A DNA stretch of 64,000 nucleotides from Callorhinchus milii (lineage: Eukaryota), in assembly GCF_018977255.1 (NCBI RefSeq), contig NW_024704742.1, positions 132,682,001 through 132,746,000 on the forward strand. The letters run 5' to 3'. Below, one piece after another: positions 53,997 through 64,000 of this stretch. The position numbers and the translations under genes were made by a program. The notes under the pieces are model-generated. The model did no database searches, was not told where the DNA came from, and was given only the letters and a program-made list of their open reading frames with translations. Each line of letters starts with the position of its first letter. Position 1 is the first letter of the stretch.

Positions 53997-54050
53997 TTCT
54001 TCTTCTTCTTCTTCTTCTTCTTCTTCTTCTTCTTCTTCTTCTTCTTCTTC
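53997..54050. repeat. (TTC)~18 microsatellite, (GAA)n in the mRNA
   Basis: Direct inspection. Confidence 0.95.
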
Positions 54051-54141
54051 GTCTTCTCTCATTCAACGTTGATTCGAAAGGAGGTAATTTCGTCCGAGAG
54101 AGAGAGAGAGAGAGCGAGCGCGAGCGAGTGAGAAACGGGGC

Positions 54142-54149
54142 TGAGGTAG
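54142..54149 (-). promoter_or_regulatory. let-7 8mer seed site
   Basis: Plus TGAGGTAG = CTACCTCA in the mRNA. Confidence 0.6.
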
Positions 54150-55292
54150 AGCTGGGAGGATGACGTTTCTGAGTGTATGGGAATTGGGGAGGAAATCAAT
54201 ATGGCAGGTAGGTGCTTTCTATCAGACGAGGATTCAACCACTTGACAAGCCTTTGCCTTAAGCTGCTACATTCTGACAGCAATGATTTGCCCCCTGGACA
54301 CACACACACATACACACACACACACACGCACGCACACAAACACACATCTCCACATTTCCCCCTCCCATTGACTCTATTCATCAGCCCGGGTCAGTGTATC
54401 ACTATCAACATGATCATCTGCCCTATTCAATAAAGCCACTTAATTGATAAAACTGCCCTCCCTCCCCCTTCCCCCACTCTGCTCACACACACACACACAC
54501 ACACACTGCTCTTTGTGTATGTGTGTGTGTGTGTGTGTGCAAGCACTTAATCATAAATCTCTGTATTATCGCTGCACAGGGACAGACGTGCAGTCATCAT
54601 TGTGAACACCAGGACATGCCTGAGAAGACAGAATTGATCCCCTGTATAACACAGCTGTAGCTCTGTGAAAGGTCACAACCCATCTGTATTCCCATAAGAT
54701 TTGCGCCTGATACGATAATTTCTATCCTGGTTCCCCCTCCCCCCGCCACCACCCCCTATCACATTAATAATCCCTAAAATGCTCGCTCTAACCTGATTTG
54801 GGGGGGGGAGGAAAGGAATAAAAGTCCCTCTTTATAGCACTTCTGTGCCATCAGCACTGATTCCTACATAAATATACAGTGTTAAAATCCATCCATTTAA
54901 AAACTGTTCCCTTTTTCTCCAATATTGTAATGCATTCAATTTTATTTTTATTTATTTATTATTTAAAAAAAAACTTCTCATTTATTTTCTTACTTGCCTC
55001 GGAATTCAGCCCTGTGAGAAACAATGTCTTGTATCCTGATGTATATCTTTGGTTAAAAGCTGACTTTACAGTATAATAGTATCTTCCCTTCCCCGCTCCC
55101 CACCTCTTTCCTATCTCTTTCTGATCACATTTGATTGTTGAAAGAAAAGATAAATCAATCGCGTCTCTGTCTCTCCTCCCCTCACCCCCCTCCTGCCCCC
55201 ACCCATCTGATTGTGGAATAATTTTATGATGGTCAATATTAATTAAATGAGTTTTATCAATTCGTTGTTTTAAAAAAAACATTTTGGGAAGG

Positions 55293-55581
55293 GTTTGTGT
55301 GTCGGTGAGTGGATTATGTGTGTGTACGTGTGTGTCATATGGTGGTGTTTCGGTGGTTAGTTGTATGTTTCGGTGTCTGTGTATGTGTGCGTTGGCGTGT
55401 GTGAAAGTGCATATGAGAGTGTGTGTGTGTGTGTGTGTGGTGTAGGTATGGTGTGCATGTTTGTATGTAGATGTGCGTGAGACTGTGTGTGTATGTGGGT
55501 GGGTGTGACAGTGTGTGTGTATGTGTATTTGTGGGGTATGGATGTTTGAATGTGTGTGTTTGTGTGAGACACTGTGTGTGT
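55293..55581. repeat. Degenerate (TG)n tract in the putative 3' UTR
   Basis: Direct inspection. Confidence 0.9.
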
Positions 55582-56224
55582 AGTAGGTGGTAGCCACAAC
55601 CTGAACACAACAAAAAACGTTAAAACGTGGACAACTGAAGACGGTCGAAGAGGCAATGACTAAAAATATTGTCACCACTGTCTTCACCTATGGATGCCTG
55701 GACGTGTGTCTCAGGGAATAAGATTTTTTCTCAGTGTTAACCCACTTGCAGAAAGCAATACAATTTGCAACGTAAAAAAATCACCCATCTTTTGCCTTTT
55801 TTTTATGTCCCACAATGTGACTGAAGTTCAACAGTGCTCAACTATGCGAAAACGTGAGAGCCCCTCTCTCTTCTCTCTCCCACTCGCCCCACTCCCCCCT
55901 CCTCTCCTCTACCTCCCTCCCTTCCTCCCTCTTTCATGCATGATTTTTTTTTGGAGTTTGTCTCCATCACTTCACCTTGCAAAGTTACCAAATTCCTCAT
56001 TGGCAAAAAAAAACACACGCTCTCTAAAAAATAAACACCACAATCTGTGTGGGGCGAGGGGGGAGGGGCTAGTTGTTGGTTGTTGGCGGTGGTAGTGTGT
56101 GGGGGTGTGGAGATGGGAGCAAGAGGGGGCAAAAGGGATGGGCGTTGCGGCCTTGGGGAGGGAACGGAGGGGTCTGGCAGCGGCGCAAATGTCTTGTGTG
56201 GTCTCCGTGTGTGTAGACGAGGCT

Positions 56225-56382
56225 TCAAGGTGCTGAGCTTGTTGGAGTGTGACAGTGGGATGAGGATGAGGGAGGCTGGGGATGTGCTGTTGATGCCGGA
56301 CTGGGCGTGTCCTGAGAATTGCTATTGTTTCCGTTGCTGCCAGGCATCACGGGGACAACCGGCCGTCGAGCAAACAGGACCC
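56225..56382 (-). CDS. ARID3C: ARID3C-like terminal coding exon
   Basis: Acceptor ctctccccacag|GG; (G)VLFARRPVVPVMPGSNG...PTSSAP then TGA at 56227-56225. GVVYTGVLFARR matches ARID3C rather than ARID3A (GIMYTGVLFAQ). Confidence 0.9.
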
Positions 56383-56501
56383 CTGTGGGGAGAGCAACGA
56401 CAACACAATGTAAATGTAAAGCCCCCGCAAATTCCCTATCGCCTGGCGATGTTTCTCTCTGCTGGCAAGCTTTCCCGCTCATGTTGAGATACCTTGACAG
56501 G

Positions 56502-57101
56502 TGGAGTCCTGTAGCATATTGGTCGCTAGCCTCGCAAGAGAGGACCCGGGTTTGATTCCCGGGTGGGGTGAAACCTTAAGCAAGTTTCCTGACTCCTTAG
56601 GCTTTTGTTTGCCTATTGGTAAGTCGGAACTCGGTTGTTAGTCGATTGGCGGATTGGGTAAAAATACTAATAATTTGGTCCGTGCAATTGATATAGCACC
56701 TTATCATGTAATTGAGACATCTCAAAGCGCTTGTAAAGTGGATTGACTGTGTATTTTGTGGACGAAACCCAGCAGCCAATTGCGCATAGGAGTGTCCCAC
56801 AAACCCTGGGCAGGGCAAAACCTTAGGCAAGTTTTCTTAATCCACACGCCTCTGTTTACCTAGCAACAAGTTGTTAGTCAATTGGTGGATCACTTTCCGG
56901 GCTTAATCCCTTCCCAAAAAGAATTGGTCACTCAATCCATGACTGGTTGTGGGATGCTGCTGTGTGCAATTGGCAGCCATATTTCGCCCACAAAATATAC
57001 AGTCAATTCACGTTACAATATATTATGTAAAGCGTTTGAGACGACTCAGTGACGTGACATGATAAGGCGCTATATCAAATGCAAAGATTATTACTATTAT
57101 T
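56502..57101 (+). mobile_element. Cluster of family-A SINE pieces (+/-/+) in the last ARID3C intron
   Basis: Plus head 56502-56685, minus fragment 56689-56803, plus copy 56804-57101. Confidence 0.8.
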
Positions 57102-57781
57102 AACACACAGCAACCATTGCTTCCACTTCAACACAGAAATACTTCAGTTGCAAGCCGCAAATTCCCAATGCACGACACACAGGAACATAAAGGAAAGAGA
57201 GTCAGAGGGAGAGAGAGTAAAAAAGGATGACTGCTGGCAATTTGACGGACCCCAATGTAAAAGAAATAAATGAAATGGTTCTGGGCAACTGAATCGCTCA
57301 TATTCCTTGAATCGATTTCTGGGCCAAATAACTCTCTAATTCCATCTTGAATGGACTGACGCACAATCAGCCCCCCGGGCTTGTTCATTCCACAACTTCA
57401 CCAAAGTGCACTTTGCGCGCAAAGTAATTAAATTTGGAACCGTTCCGAGCGCAGGCTTTGAACCTCGTGAGGCACGAGGGTAGATTGACAATAATAATAA
57501 ACCTTGTCTTTGATATAGAGTCTTATCACATCATCGAGACAAAATATACTGTAAAGTGAATCGACTGTATATTTTTTGGGTCAATCGTGTTTTTTTCTTC
57601 TTTGCTCTTTTCGATTGTCAGTGACAGAAAACTGCTGGGAGTGGGGCTTGTGTCCTGCTCCCTCTCTCCTCCCCTCTCCCTCCCTCCTCCCCTCCTCAAC
57701 CCCTCCCTTCCTCCCTCCCCCACTCTCCCTCTCTTCATCCCCTCTCTCCCACTCCCATGGGTAATTTAGCGACGGAGAATT

Positions 57782-58108
57782 ATAATAATAATAATAATAA
57801 TAATAATCCTTGCATTTGATATAGCGCTTTTCACGTCGGGAGGACGTCCCAAAGCGCTTCACAGAACACACTGTAAAGTGAATTGACTGTATATTTGTGG
57901 TTGAACGCGGCAGCCAATTGCGCGCAGCAATGTCCCACAAACAGTTGTGGATTGAAAATGACCAATTTATTATTGTTTTGGTTTTTGGAGGGATTATTAT
58001 TAGGCGTGTGGAGTAAGGAAACTGGCCCAAGGTTTCGCCCTGCCTGGAATTGAACCCAGGTCTCTCGCTTGCAAAGCGAGTGCTCTAACCACTGAGCTAC
58101 AGGACTCC
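57782..58108 (-). mobile_element. Family-A SINE, short form, young
   Basis: Long pure (TAT)n tail; possible AATT TSD. Confidence 0.9.
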
Positions 58109-58825
58109 AATTGGTGGTCATCCTACCTCCAAAGTTTGGAGAGTTTATGTACACCCTTGCCCAGCTAACTACAAACAGTGTATTTACCTGAATTGAGTCT
58201 CAGATAATATTATTAATAAAAGTAATTACCCTTGCATTTGATATAGCGCCTTATCACATCACTGAATCGTCTCAAAGCGCTTCACAAGATTTTCTGTAAA
58301 TGCAGTCGACTGTGTATTTCGTAAGCCATCACAGCAGCCAATTTGTGTACAGCAACAATGTCCCACAACCAGCCAGGAAGTGAATGACCAATCTTATCTG
58401 GGGGCCCCTTGCTTACCAGGAAACTCACCTCTTTTCAAGTAGAGCCATGGAATCTTTCATATCCATCTGGTGCAGGCGGGGCCATGAATTATTGTCTCAT
58501 CTGAAGGACAACTCGTCTGATAATGCAGCGCATCCCCTAGTACTGCACTGCACTGCTGTGTCAGCCTAGACTGTAAGCTCCAAGTCCTGACATAGAGCTT
58601 AAACCCAGTAGCTCTCACCCTTTATATTTCCCTCACGTATACATCTCTATTCACTTCTTCATCAACTATTCATCAATATGCATGCAGATGTGTGCATCTC
58701 CTCTAAGAGACTCCTTTTGATGGTTGAAGAACCATTCCTAGTTTGACTAACCGTTCCTGAAAGCTGTTTGTGCATCTACCACTGGGAATCATCCTCGATC
58801 CTCTACACTCACCCTAGGGAGTTCG

Positions 58826-59080
58826 GCTCTGGAACTCTATCCCCCAGTGCCTTCGCCGCCTCCTCCCTTTCCTCCTTCAAGGCCGGTCTCAAGACCTTTC
58901 TCTTTGACCGTGCCTTCAGCTCCCCTCTCGACTCTCTACCCCCTCCTCGCTCCCTCCCTTCCCTCCCCTCACCCTGACCATTTCTCCCTTGCTCGGGTCC
59001 TGACCCAACTGTACAGCGCCTTGGGACGTCCTCCCGACGTGAAAGGCGCTCAATAAATGGAATCTTGTTGTTGTTGTTGT
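58826..59080 (+). mobile_element. L2 LINE 3' end (ARID3C intron)
   Basis: LWNSIP...FKAGLKTFLFDRAF, stem-loop and (TTG)n tail. Confidence 0.85.
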
Positions 59081-59149
59081 AGAGTCCACTGGGGCCTTCA
59101 TTCTATGCCAAATACCCCTTTCCTCACTGTGTTCCCATCTCTGTCTTAT

Positions 59150-59385
59150 TTTCTTTTTCACACAAAGGGTAGTGGAGATCGGAAACTCTCTCCCCCAAAA
59201 GGCTGTGGATGCTGGATCCATTCAAATGTTCAAGACTGACGTGGATAGATTTTTGTTAGGTCAGAGTATCAAGGGGTATGGGGCAAAGACGGTTAATTGG
59301 AGATCAGGTACAGATCAGCCATCATCTAATAAAATAACAGAACAGGCTCGAGGATTTGAATAGCCCATTCCTGTTCCTATGTTCC
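59150..59385 (+). mobile_element. CR1 LINE 3' end (ARID3C intron)
   Basis: NSLPQKAVDAGSIQMFKTDVDRFL and ttcctatgttcc tail. Confidence 0.82.
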
Positions 59386-59426
59386 GATTTCTTTATTCCC
59401 TTGTGCCTCTATGTTTATATATATAT

Positions 59427-59715
59427 ATAATCCTTGAATTTGATACAGCGCTTTTCACGTCTTCTAGACGTCTCAAAGCGCTTCACAAAATATACCATAA
59501 AATGATTTGTGGGCGTAACGCGGCAGCCAAATGCGCACAGCAGTGCCACAAACAATCATAGATTGATTGGCCAAATTATCATTGTTTTTTTCTTGAAAGA
59601 TTGTTAATAGGCGTGTGTATTAAGGAAACTTGCCCAAGGTTTTGCCCTGCTGCGAATTGAACCCAGGTCACTCGCTTGCGAAGCGAGTGCTCTAACCACT
59701 GAGCTACAGGACGCC
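59427..59715 (-). mobile_element. Family-A SINE, short form
   Basis: Reverse copy with tRNA head ending at 59715. Confidence 0.85.
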
Positions 59716-60105
59716 ATGTCCAGGGGCTAGCTGGAGTTAAGGGGCAGGTGAAGTTAGCGGAGATGGACTAAGAGGGTGAGCGGGGAAAGGGGGGGTGGGG
59801 GAAGGGGGCAGGGGGAAGAGGTCTGAACTACTCACAAGGTAGTAATTAAACTCTGAATTCAGCCTCATCGCAAGCTGGCTCGGGCAATCGGTGCCTGAGC
59901 GCAAAACAATGGCTGTCATCGACTGCAAATCAACAAGGGCAATTTCAAGATGCTTAACTTTTTTAACTGCATTGGACAGGCACTTCATAGCAATGGATTT
60001 TATAGTAAAGACATCAAATTGTGTATAGAACTTAACGCCACAGCACTCCTATTAGTTATTGGATTTCCTGCTTGCAATTACATCGGAAAACAGCCTTCTA
60101 TTTAC

Positions 60106-60198
60106 CTGTGTAGACAACTCCATTTATTTCTATCGACATGTTGATGCTGCTAATGTCATTTCTAGACAGGTTCAATGCAGTTTCTTGTCTGTCATCTG
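60106..60198 (-). CDS. ARID3C: ARID3C-like coding exon containing REKLES-beta (absent from the ORF track)
   Basis: Read manually: (A)DDRQETALNLSRNDISSINMSIEINGVVYT(G). Acceptor ttttccccag|CAG (tandem CAGCAG), donor ACAG|gtaaa; 93 nt, or 90 nt from the distal AG; phase 1 to 1. Confidence 0.92.
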
Positions 60199-60525
60199 CT
60201 GGGGAAAAGAAAAAGGAAAAAAAACACCAATATGAGTGCCAAAAAAAGTGAGCTGCCTGTTACAGTAAACTGCACATGATAAGATGGCTCCAGGGACCTA
60301 GCTGGCTGCTTGTTCACACAGTTGCTCTTAACAAATGGCATAGTTATGCTGCACTTTTTGCTCTTCTGGATTTCCTTCAAGCTGCTCTTTGTTAAAATAA
60401 TAATAATATTTCGCCCACAAAATATTCAGTCAATTCACTTTAGAATATATTCTGTAAAGCGCTTTGAGACTTCTTGAAGATATGATAAGGTGCTATATCA
60501 AATGCAAGAATTATTGTTATTATTA

Positions 60526-60948
60526 ATAATCCTTGCATTTGATATAGCGTCTTTCAAGTCAGGAGGAAACAGTCTCAAAGAATCTCAAACACTTAATAGG
60601 ATTTACTGTGAAGTGGAGTAACTGTGTGTTTTATAGGCAATTGCGGCAGCCAATTTGCATACAACAATGTCCCACAAACAGCCATGAAGTGAATGACCAA
60701 TCTTTTATTTGGGGGATTGTTGGCCAGGACTCCAGGAGAAACTCCTTTCTCTTCTTGAATAGTGCCATGGGTTCTTTAATGGCCAACTGAACAGACAGAC
60801 AGGACAACACCTCCAACTATGCAGCACAGTCCCAGCACTGCACTCGATTATTATCTTAGACTATGAGTTCGAAATCCTGATATGGGACTTCAATCCACAC
60901 CTTCTATCTTAGAGGTGAGAGTGCAACCAACTGAGCCAGCCTGACACA
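60526..60948 (-). mobile_element. Family-B DeuSINE (ARID3C intron), tail-to-tail with a plus-strand SINE 3' fragment at 60409-60525
   Basis: Full head (caactgagccagcctgacac) to tail. Confidence 0.82.
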
Positions 60949-60970
60949 TGATTAGTTCCTGTCCATTTTG

Positions 60971-61236
60971 TTGGTCAGCCAGGTATCTGACTCATGCAGA
61001 AACCCACCACCGTGCTTGAGTATCCAAACCGAGAATTCCGTGCATCCCACCTACTCATGGAAATTCCCAGGATATTTATTGAAATGGAAAGTGCATTCTT
61101 CCTGGAGGGACGTATCCTACGTATCTAATTCCAGAAAGGAATAGGCGCAGGTTGGCAAGAGAAATTCTCAGTTTGGTTTGGAAAGTCTTAAACATGGTGA
61201 TGGGTTTCTGCATGTATCAGACATCCGGCTGACCAA
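60971..61236. mobile_element. MITE-like element with ~70-bp imperfect terminal inverted repeats
   Basis: ttggtcagccaggtatctgactcatgcagaaaccca... versus ...tgggtttctgcatgtatcagacatccggctgaccaa. Confidence 0.55.
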
Positions 61237-61799
61237 AACATAACACTATCACCCTGGCCTCAACCATCCTTCTTGGCAACCAGTTCCCATCATTACTTAC
61301 TCTGGGTAAGAAAATGTCCTGGTGGCTGTCCTGAAATTGAGTGGCAGGACAGTGAGTGAGTAAACGTAATAGCCCAGTTTAGTGCTTAATCCCTTTGAGG
61401 AATCAAAATCCACTTAACATTTCTGTCACAACAGAGAGACGTTTGCAGCAGAGAGTCTCTGTTGTGTCATTAATGCTGAATGACTTTTACGGCTTGATGC
61501 ATTTTCAATGGGGTTATTGTGAGATGAGCAATCCCAGGGATGCATTGGACCATAATAATAGTAGTCATAATAGTAATCATTGTATAAAAATTGGTCACTC
61601 ACTTCATGGCTGTTTATGACACAACTGGCTGCCATGTTCGCCCACAGAATATACAGTCAAACCACTTTACATATATCCCGTGAAGCGCTTTGAAATGGCT
61701 CAACAACATGATAAGGCGCTACATCAAATGCAAGGATTGTTATTATTAATTTTAGTGGCTCGGGGCGATGGTGAGGAACAGTGTGGAGCCTTGCCTCAC

Positions 61800-62066
61800 C
61801 TCGGCTGTTGATCTTGATGTTCATGGGGATCTGGGTGGCCATGGCGAGGAGGTTCTGCTGTAGTGCCTGCTGCATGAGTCTCTGCTGCTCCTCTACCCCC
61901 AACGACATCTTCTTCCCGGGAGGCTCCCCTGCATCCAGCTTCTCCCGCAGCTGGTCCATGGTGGCCTGTGCCACCGCAGCCTGCACCGAGGGCATGTGAT
62001 GGCCAGCGATGCTGAGGGGGATTGCTATCCGGCTCCCCGTGATTCCCATTGAGTGCGACGAGTCTT
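61800..62066 (-). CDS. ARID3C: ARID3C-like coding exon containing REKLES-alpha
   Basis: EDSSH...MDQLREKLDAGEPPGKKM...EEQQRLMQQALQQNLLAMATQIPMNIKINSR. Acceptor cccgcattcttcag|AA, donor CGAG|gtgag; 267 nt, phase 1 to 1. Confidence 0.93.
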
Positions 62067-62647
62067 CTGAAGAATGCGGGGAGAGGGAAAGGCGAGGAGA
62101 GAGAAACGAAGAAGGAAAAAAAAATAAGAAAAAGCCATCCACATACCTGGCCCCGACCCCCCAACCCCATTAAACATCGACACTAATCCTAACCTGATTC
62201 CTCCTTCGGCAATTTTTACGGATCAGTAACAATAATATTACTGCTGCCTTCTAGCGGGCAAGAATAATCGGCGGAGATATTTTAGAAACGCCGCAAATTT
62301 AACCCCAATCCTATGTATCGAAGGTTTAGCAATTTAGCTCGTTTCGTGATCCTTCAATGCAAGTCCAATACAACTTACATTTATAAAGCACCTTTCATGA
62401 GAAGTGACTATTCAAAAAGAGAAGGGAGTTTTTCCTGGTGTCCTGTCCAACAAACTCACAGTTGTGTGTGGGACATCGCTGTGCGGAAATTGGATACACA
62501 TTCAATAAATATATTTTACAGTGAAGCACTTTGGGATGATTTTATATGAAAAGTGCTGTATCAAAATGTAAGGGTTATTGTTCATTTATTTTCTTGCGAA
62601 GCACTTTGTGAAACTTTTCAATGTCTTATGAGTGCCAGCCATAATAC

Positions 62648-62883
62648 CTTTCTTAATGTGGCTTATATGGGTGCCGTTAGGCGTTGATATTGCAATGGTT
62701 GGCATCTGTATCTTTGGTGAAGACAGGACAGTCGGGGTCCCCACAGGGGAGTAGTTAAATATGGTGGATCCATAGCTTTGCCTTCGACCTTCTCTCCGGT
62801 TGCTATCAATCGCTGCCTGCAGTTCTCCAGGAGAGCTCAGGCCCCGCTTTTCACATTCATATGGGTACAGGTACTTCATATAC
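62648..62883 (-). CDS. ARID3C: ARID3-family (ARID3C/Brightlike-like) coding exon: end of ARID/extended-ARID domain
   Basis: Translates (Q)YMKYLYPYECEKRGLSSPGELQAAIDSNRREGRRQSYG...HIKK, the ARID3 signature. Acceptor ttttgccttccag|G, donor AAAG|gtatt; 236 nt, phase 2 to 1. LSSPGEL favours ARID3C over ARID3A (LSNPNEL). Confidence 0.93.
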
Positions 62884-63000
62884 CTGGAAGGCAAAACGAC
62901 CATATCACGGGATCATTCTGGGAGGGGAAGGAAAGGCCAAGTTTGCAGTATTGTTATGTATATGATTTCAAATGTTACAGTCTGAGTCTGTTATGTAACA

Positions 63001-63300
63001 AACAATAACAAATTACATTTGAGAAGCGTGTTTCACGACAGGAGGATGTCCCAAGTCACTGAACAGTCAGGGCTTTGGACCTGAACACTGGGGGTTGGGA
63101 TTAGAAGAGGTGGAGGGCAGGGAGGGTAGGACAAAGATGAGGATCTTGAGACGGGCCTTGAAGGAGGCAAGGAAGGGGACAAAGTGAAGGGAATGTGGGA
63201 TGGAGTTCCAAACGGTGAGGATAGAAAGACTGAAGGCCTGATCGCCGATGGTGGGGCAGGCCGGGTTACGGTCATGGAGCAGGCTGGAGTCCGCTGAGCA
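63001..63300 (-). mobile_element. L2 3' fragment (ARID3C intron)
   Basis: Tail, caggaggatgtcccaag and cttgagacgggccttgaaggagg. Confidence 0.7.
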
Positions 63301-64000
63301 GAAACAGGTCTATATGGAGTAATACCGGTAATCTGTGTGTGTAATGGGGGTGGAATGAGGGGGTTGGTGGTGCCACAAACTGGGTTCTCGTTTTAAGGAC
63401 CCTAACCAAACTCAAGCACTCTCGCCTCTGAGTCAGCGGCTCGTGGGTTCAAGCCCCACATCGGGTTTTTGAGCTCACATAGTCTCGGCTGTGCAAGTGT
63501 GCAAATGCTGCTGCATTGTTGGAGGTGCTGTCCTTTGAACAAATGAAATGTTAAGACATTGCTGTGCGCAAATTAACTGCCATCCACAAAATACACAAGG
63601 GTCACAGCACTTTACAGCATATCAAATGAAACGCTTTAAGACATCTCGCTGATGTGATAAGGCACTATATCAAATGCAAGGAGTATTATTATTATGATGA
63701 TGATGATTTGTATGACAGGACCAGGATCTTGACATTGATCCCATGGGAGCCAGTGGAATCTGGCGATGATTTCAACAGTTTACAATCTGTGGACATAAAT
63801 TCTCAGTCCCAATGTCTGCAAGTGACCTGTGTGTAGAGTCAATCCGGTATCTGTACTGGTTTATCTCTGGACTGCAACTAACTAATCAACTGATCATCTA
63901 TGAAGTAGAGCACAAAACGTTTGCACAAATAAGTGACAGGATCATTAACATGCTTATCAGCCAAACCCATATAAAGTACAAGGCAAGATTCAGGAATTGT

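Larger units (their letters stand above)
53690..56224 (-). other. ARID3C: Putative long 3' UTR of the ARID3C-like gene (3' end uncertain; may extend to ~52490)
   Basis: Follows the stop codon. About 3.3 kb (52930-56224) has no SINE, unlike the rest of the window; contains let-7 seed sites and AATAAA candidates. Confidence 0.55.

Noticed and set aside
53882..54163. Poly-Leu ORF resembling a signal peptide
   Set aside because: Produced by the (CTT)n microsatellite.
54959..55687. 242-aa His/Thr-rich ORF and overlapping ORFs
   Set aside because: Translation of a degenerate (TG)n tract in the UTR.
56047..56487. 146-aa plus-strand ORF and other antisense ORFs over ARID3 exons (e.g. 61781-61999)
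   Set aside because: Shadow ORFs of GC-rich exons with no recognisable domain.
59781..59820. G-quadruplex-like G-runs
   Set aside because: Common in this GC-skewed vertebrate DNA; nothing indicates function.

Overview
Vertebrate genomic DNA, most likely a cartilaginous fish (chimaera/shark, inferred from the repeat families), not a prokaryotic locus. The only protein-coding gene I can support is the 3' part of an ARID3-family transcription factor on the minus strand, best matching ARID3C/Brightlike. Four coding exons lie at 62883-62648, 62066-61800, 60198-60106 and 56382-56225, all with GT-AG boundaries and consistent phases. They are followed by a long SINE-free putative 3' UTR with clustered let-7 seed sites; upstream exons lie beyond the window. 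The other ~52 kb is non-coding and densely filled with retroposons: two tRNA-derived SINE families sharing a Deu-like 3' half and an L2-type tail, decayed L2 and CR1 LINE fragments, and microsatellites, with repeat-free TAAT-rich islands between them (candidate enhancers). Nearly all ORFs in the track are repeat or low-complexity artefacts. I found no convincing wholly new system. The most notable items are: a palindromic Penelope-type element with an intact minimal hammerhead ribozyme core; two ~60-bp stem-loop-only retroposon insertions with target-site duplications; a 131-bp perfect duplication between an ARID3C intron and a site 34 kb away that crosses TE junctions; a hybrid SINE with a deletion subfamily; and splicing features of the REKLES exons. 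Repeat family names come from remembered consensus motifs, repeat coordinates are approximate, and only representative copies are listed.
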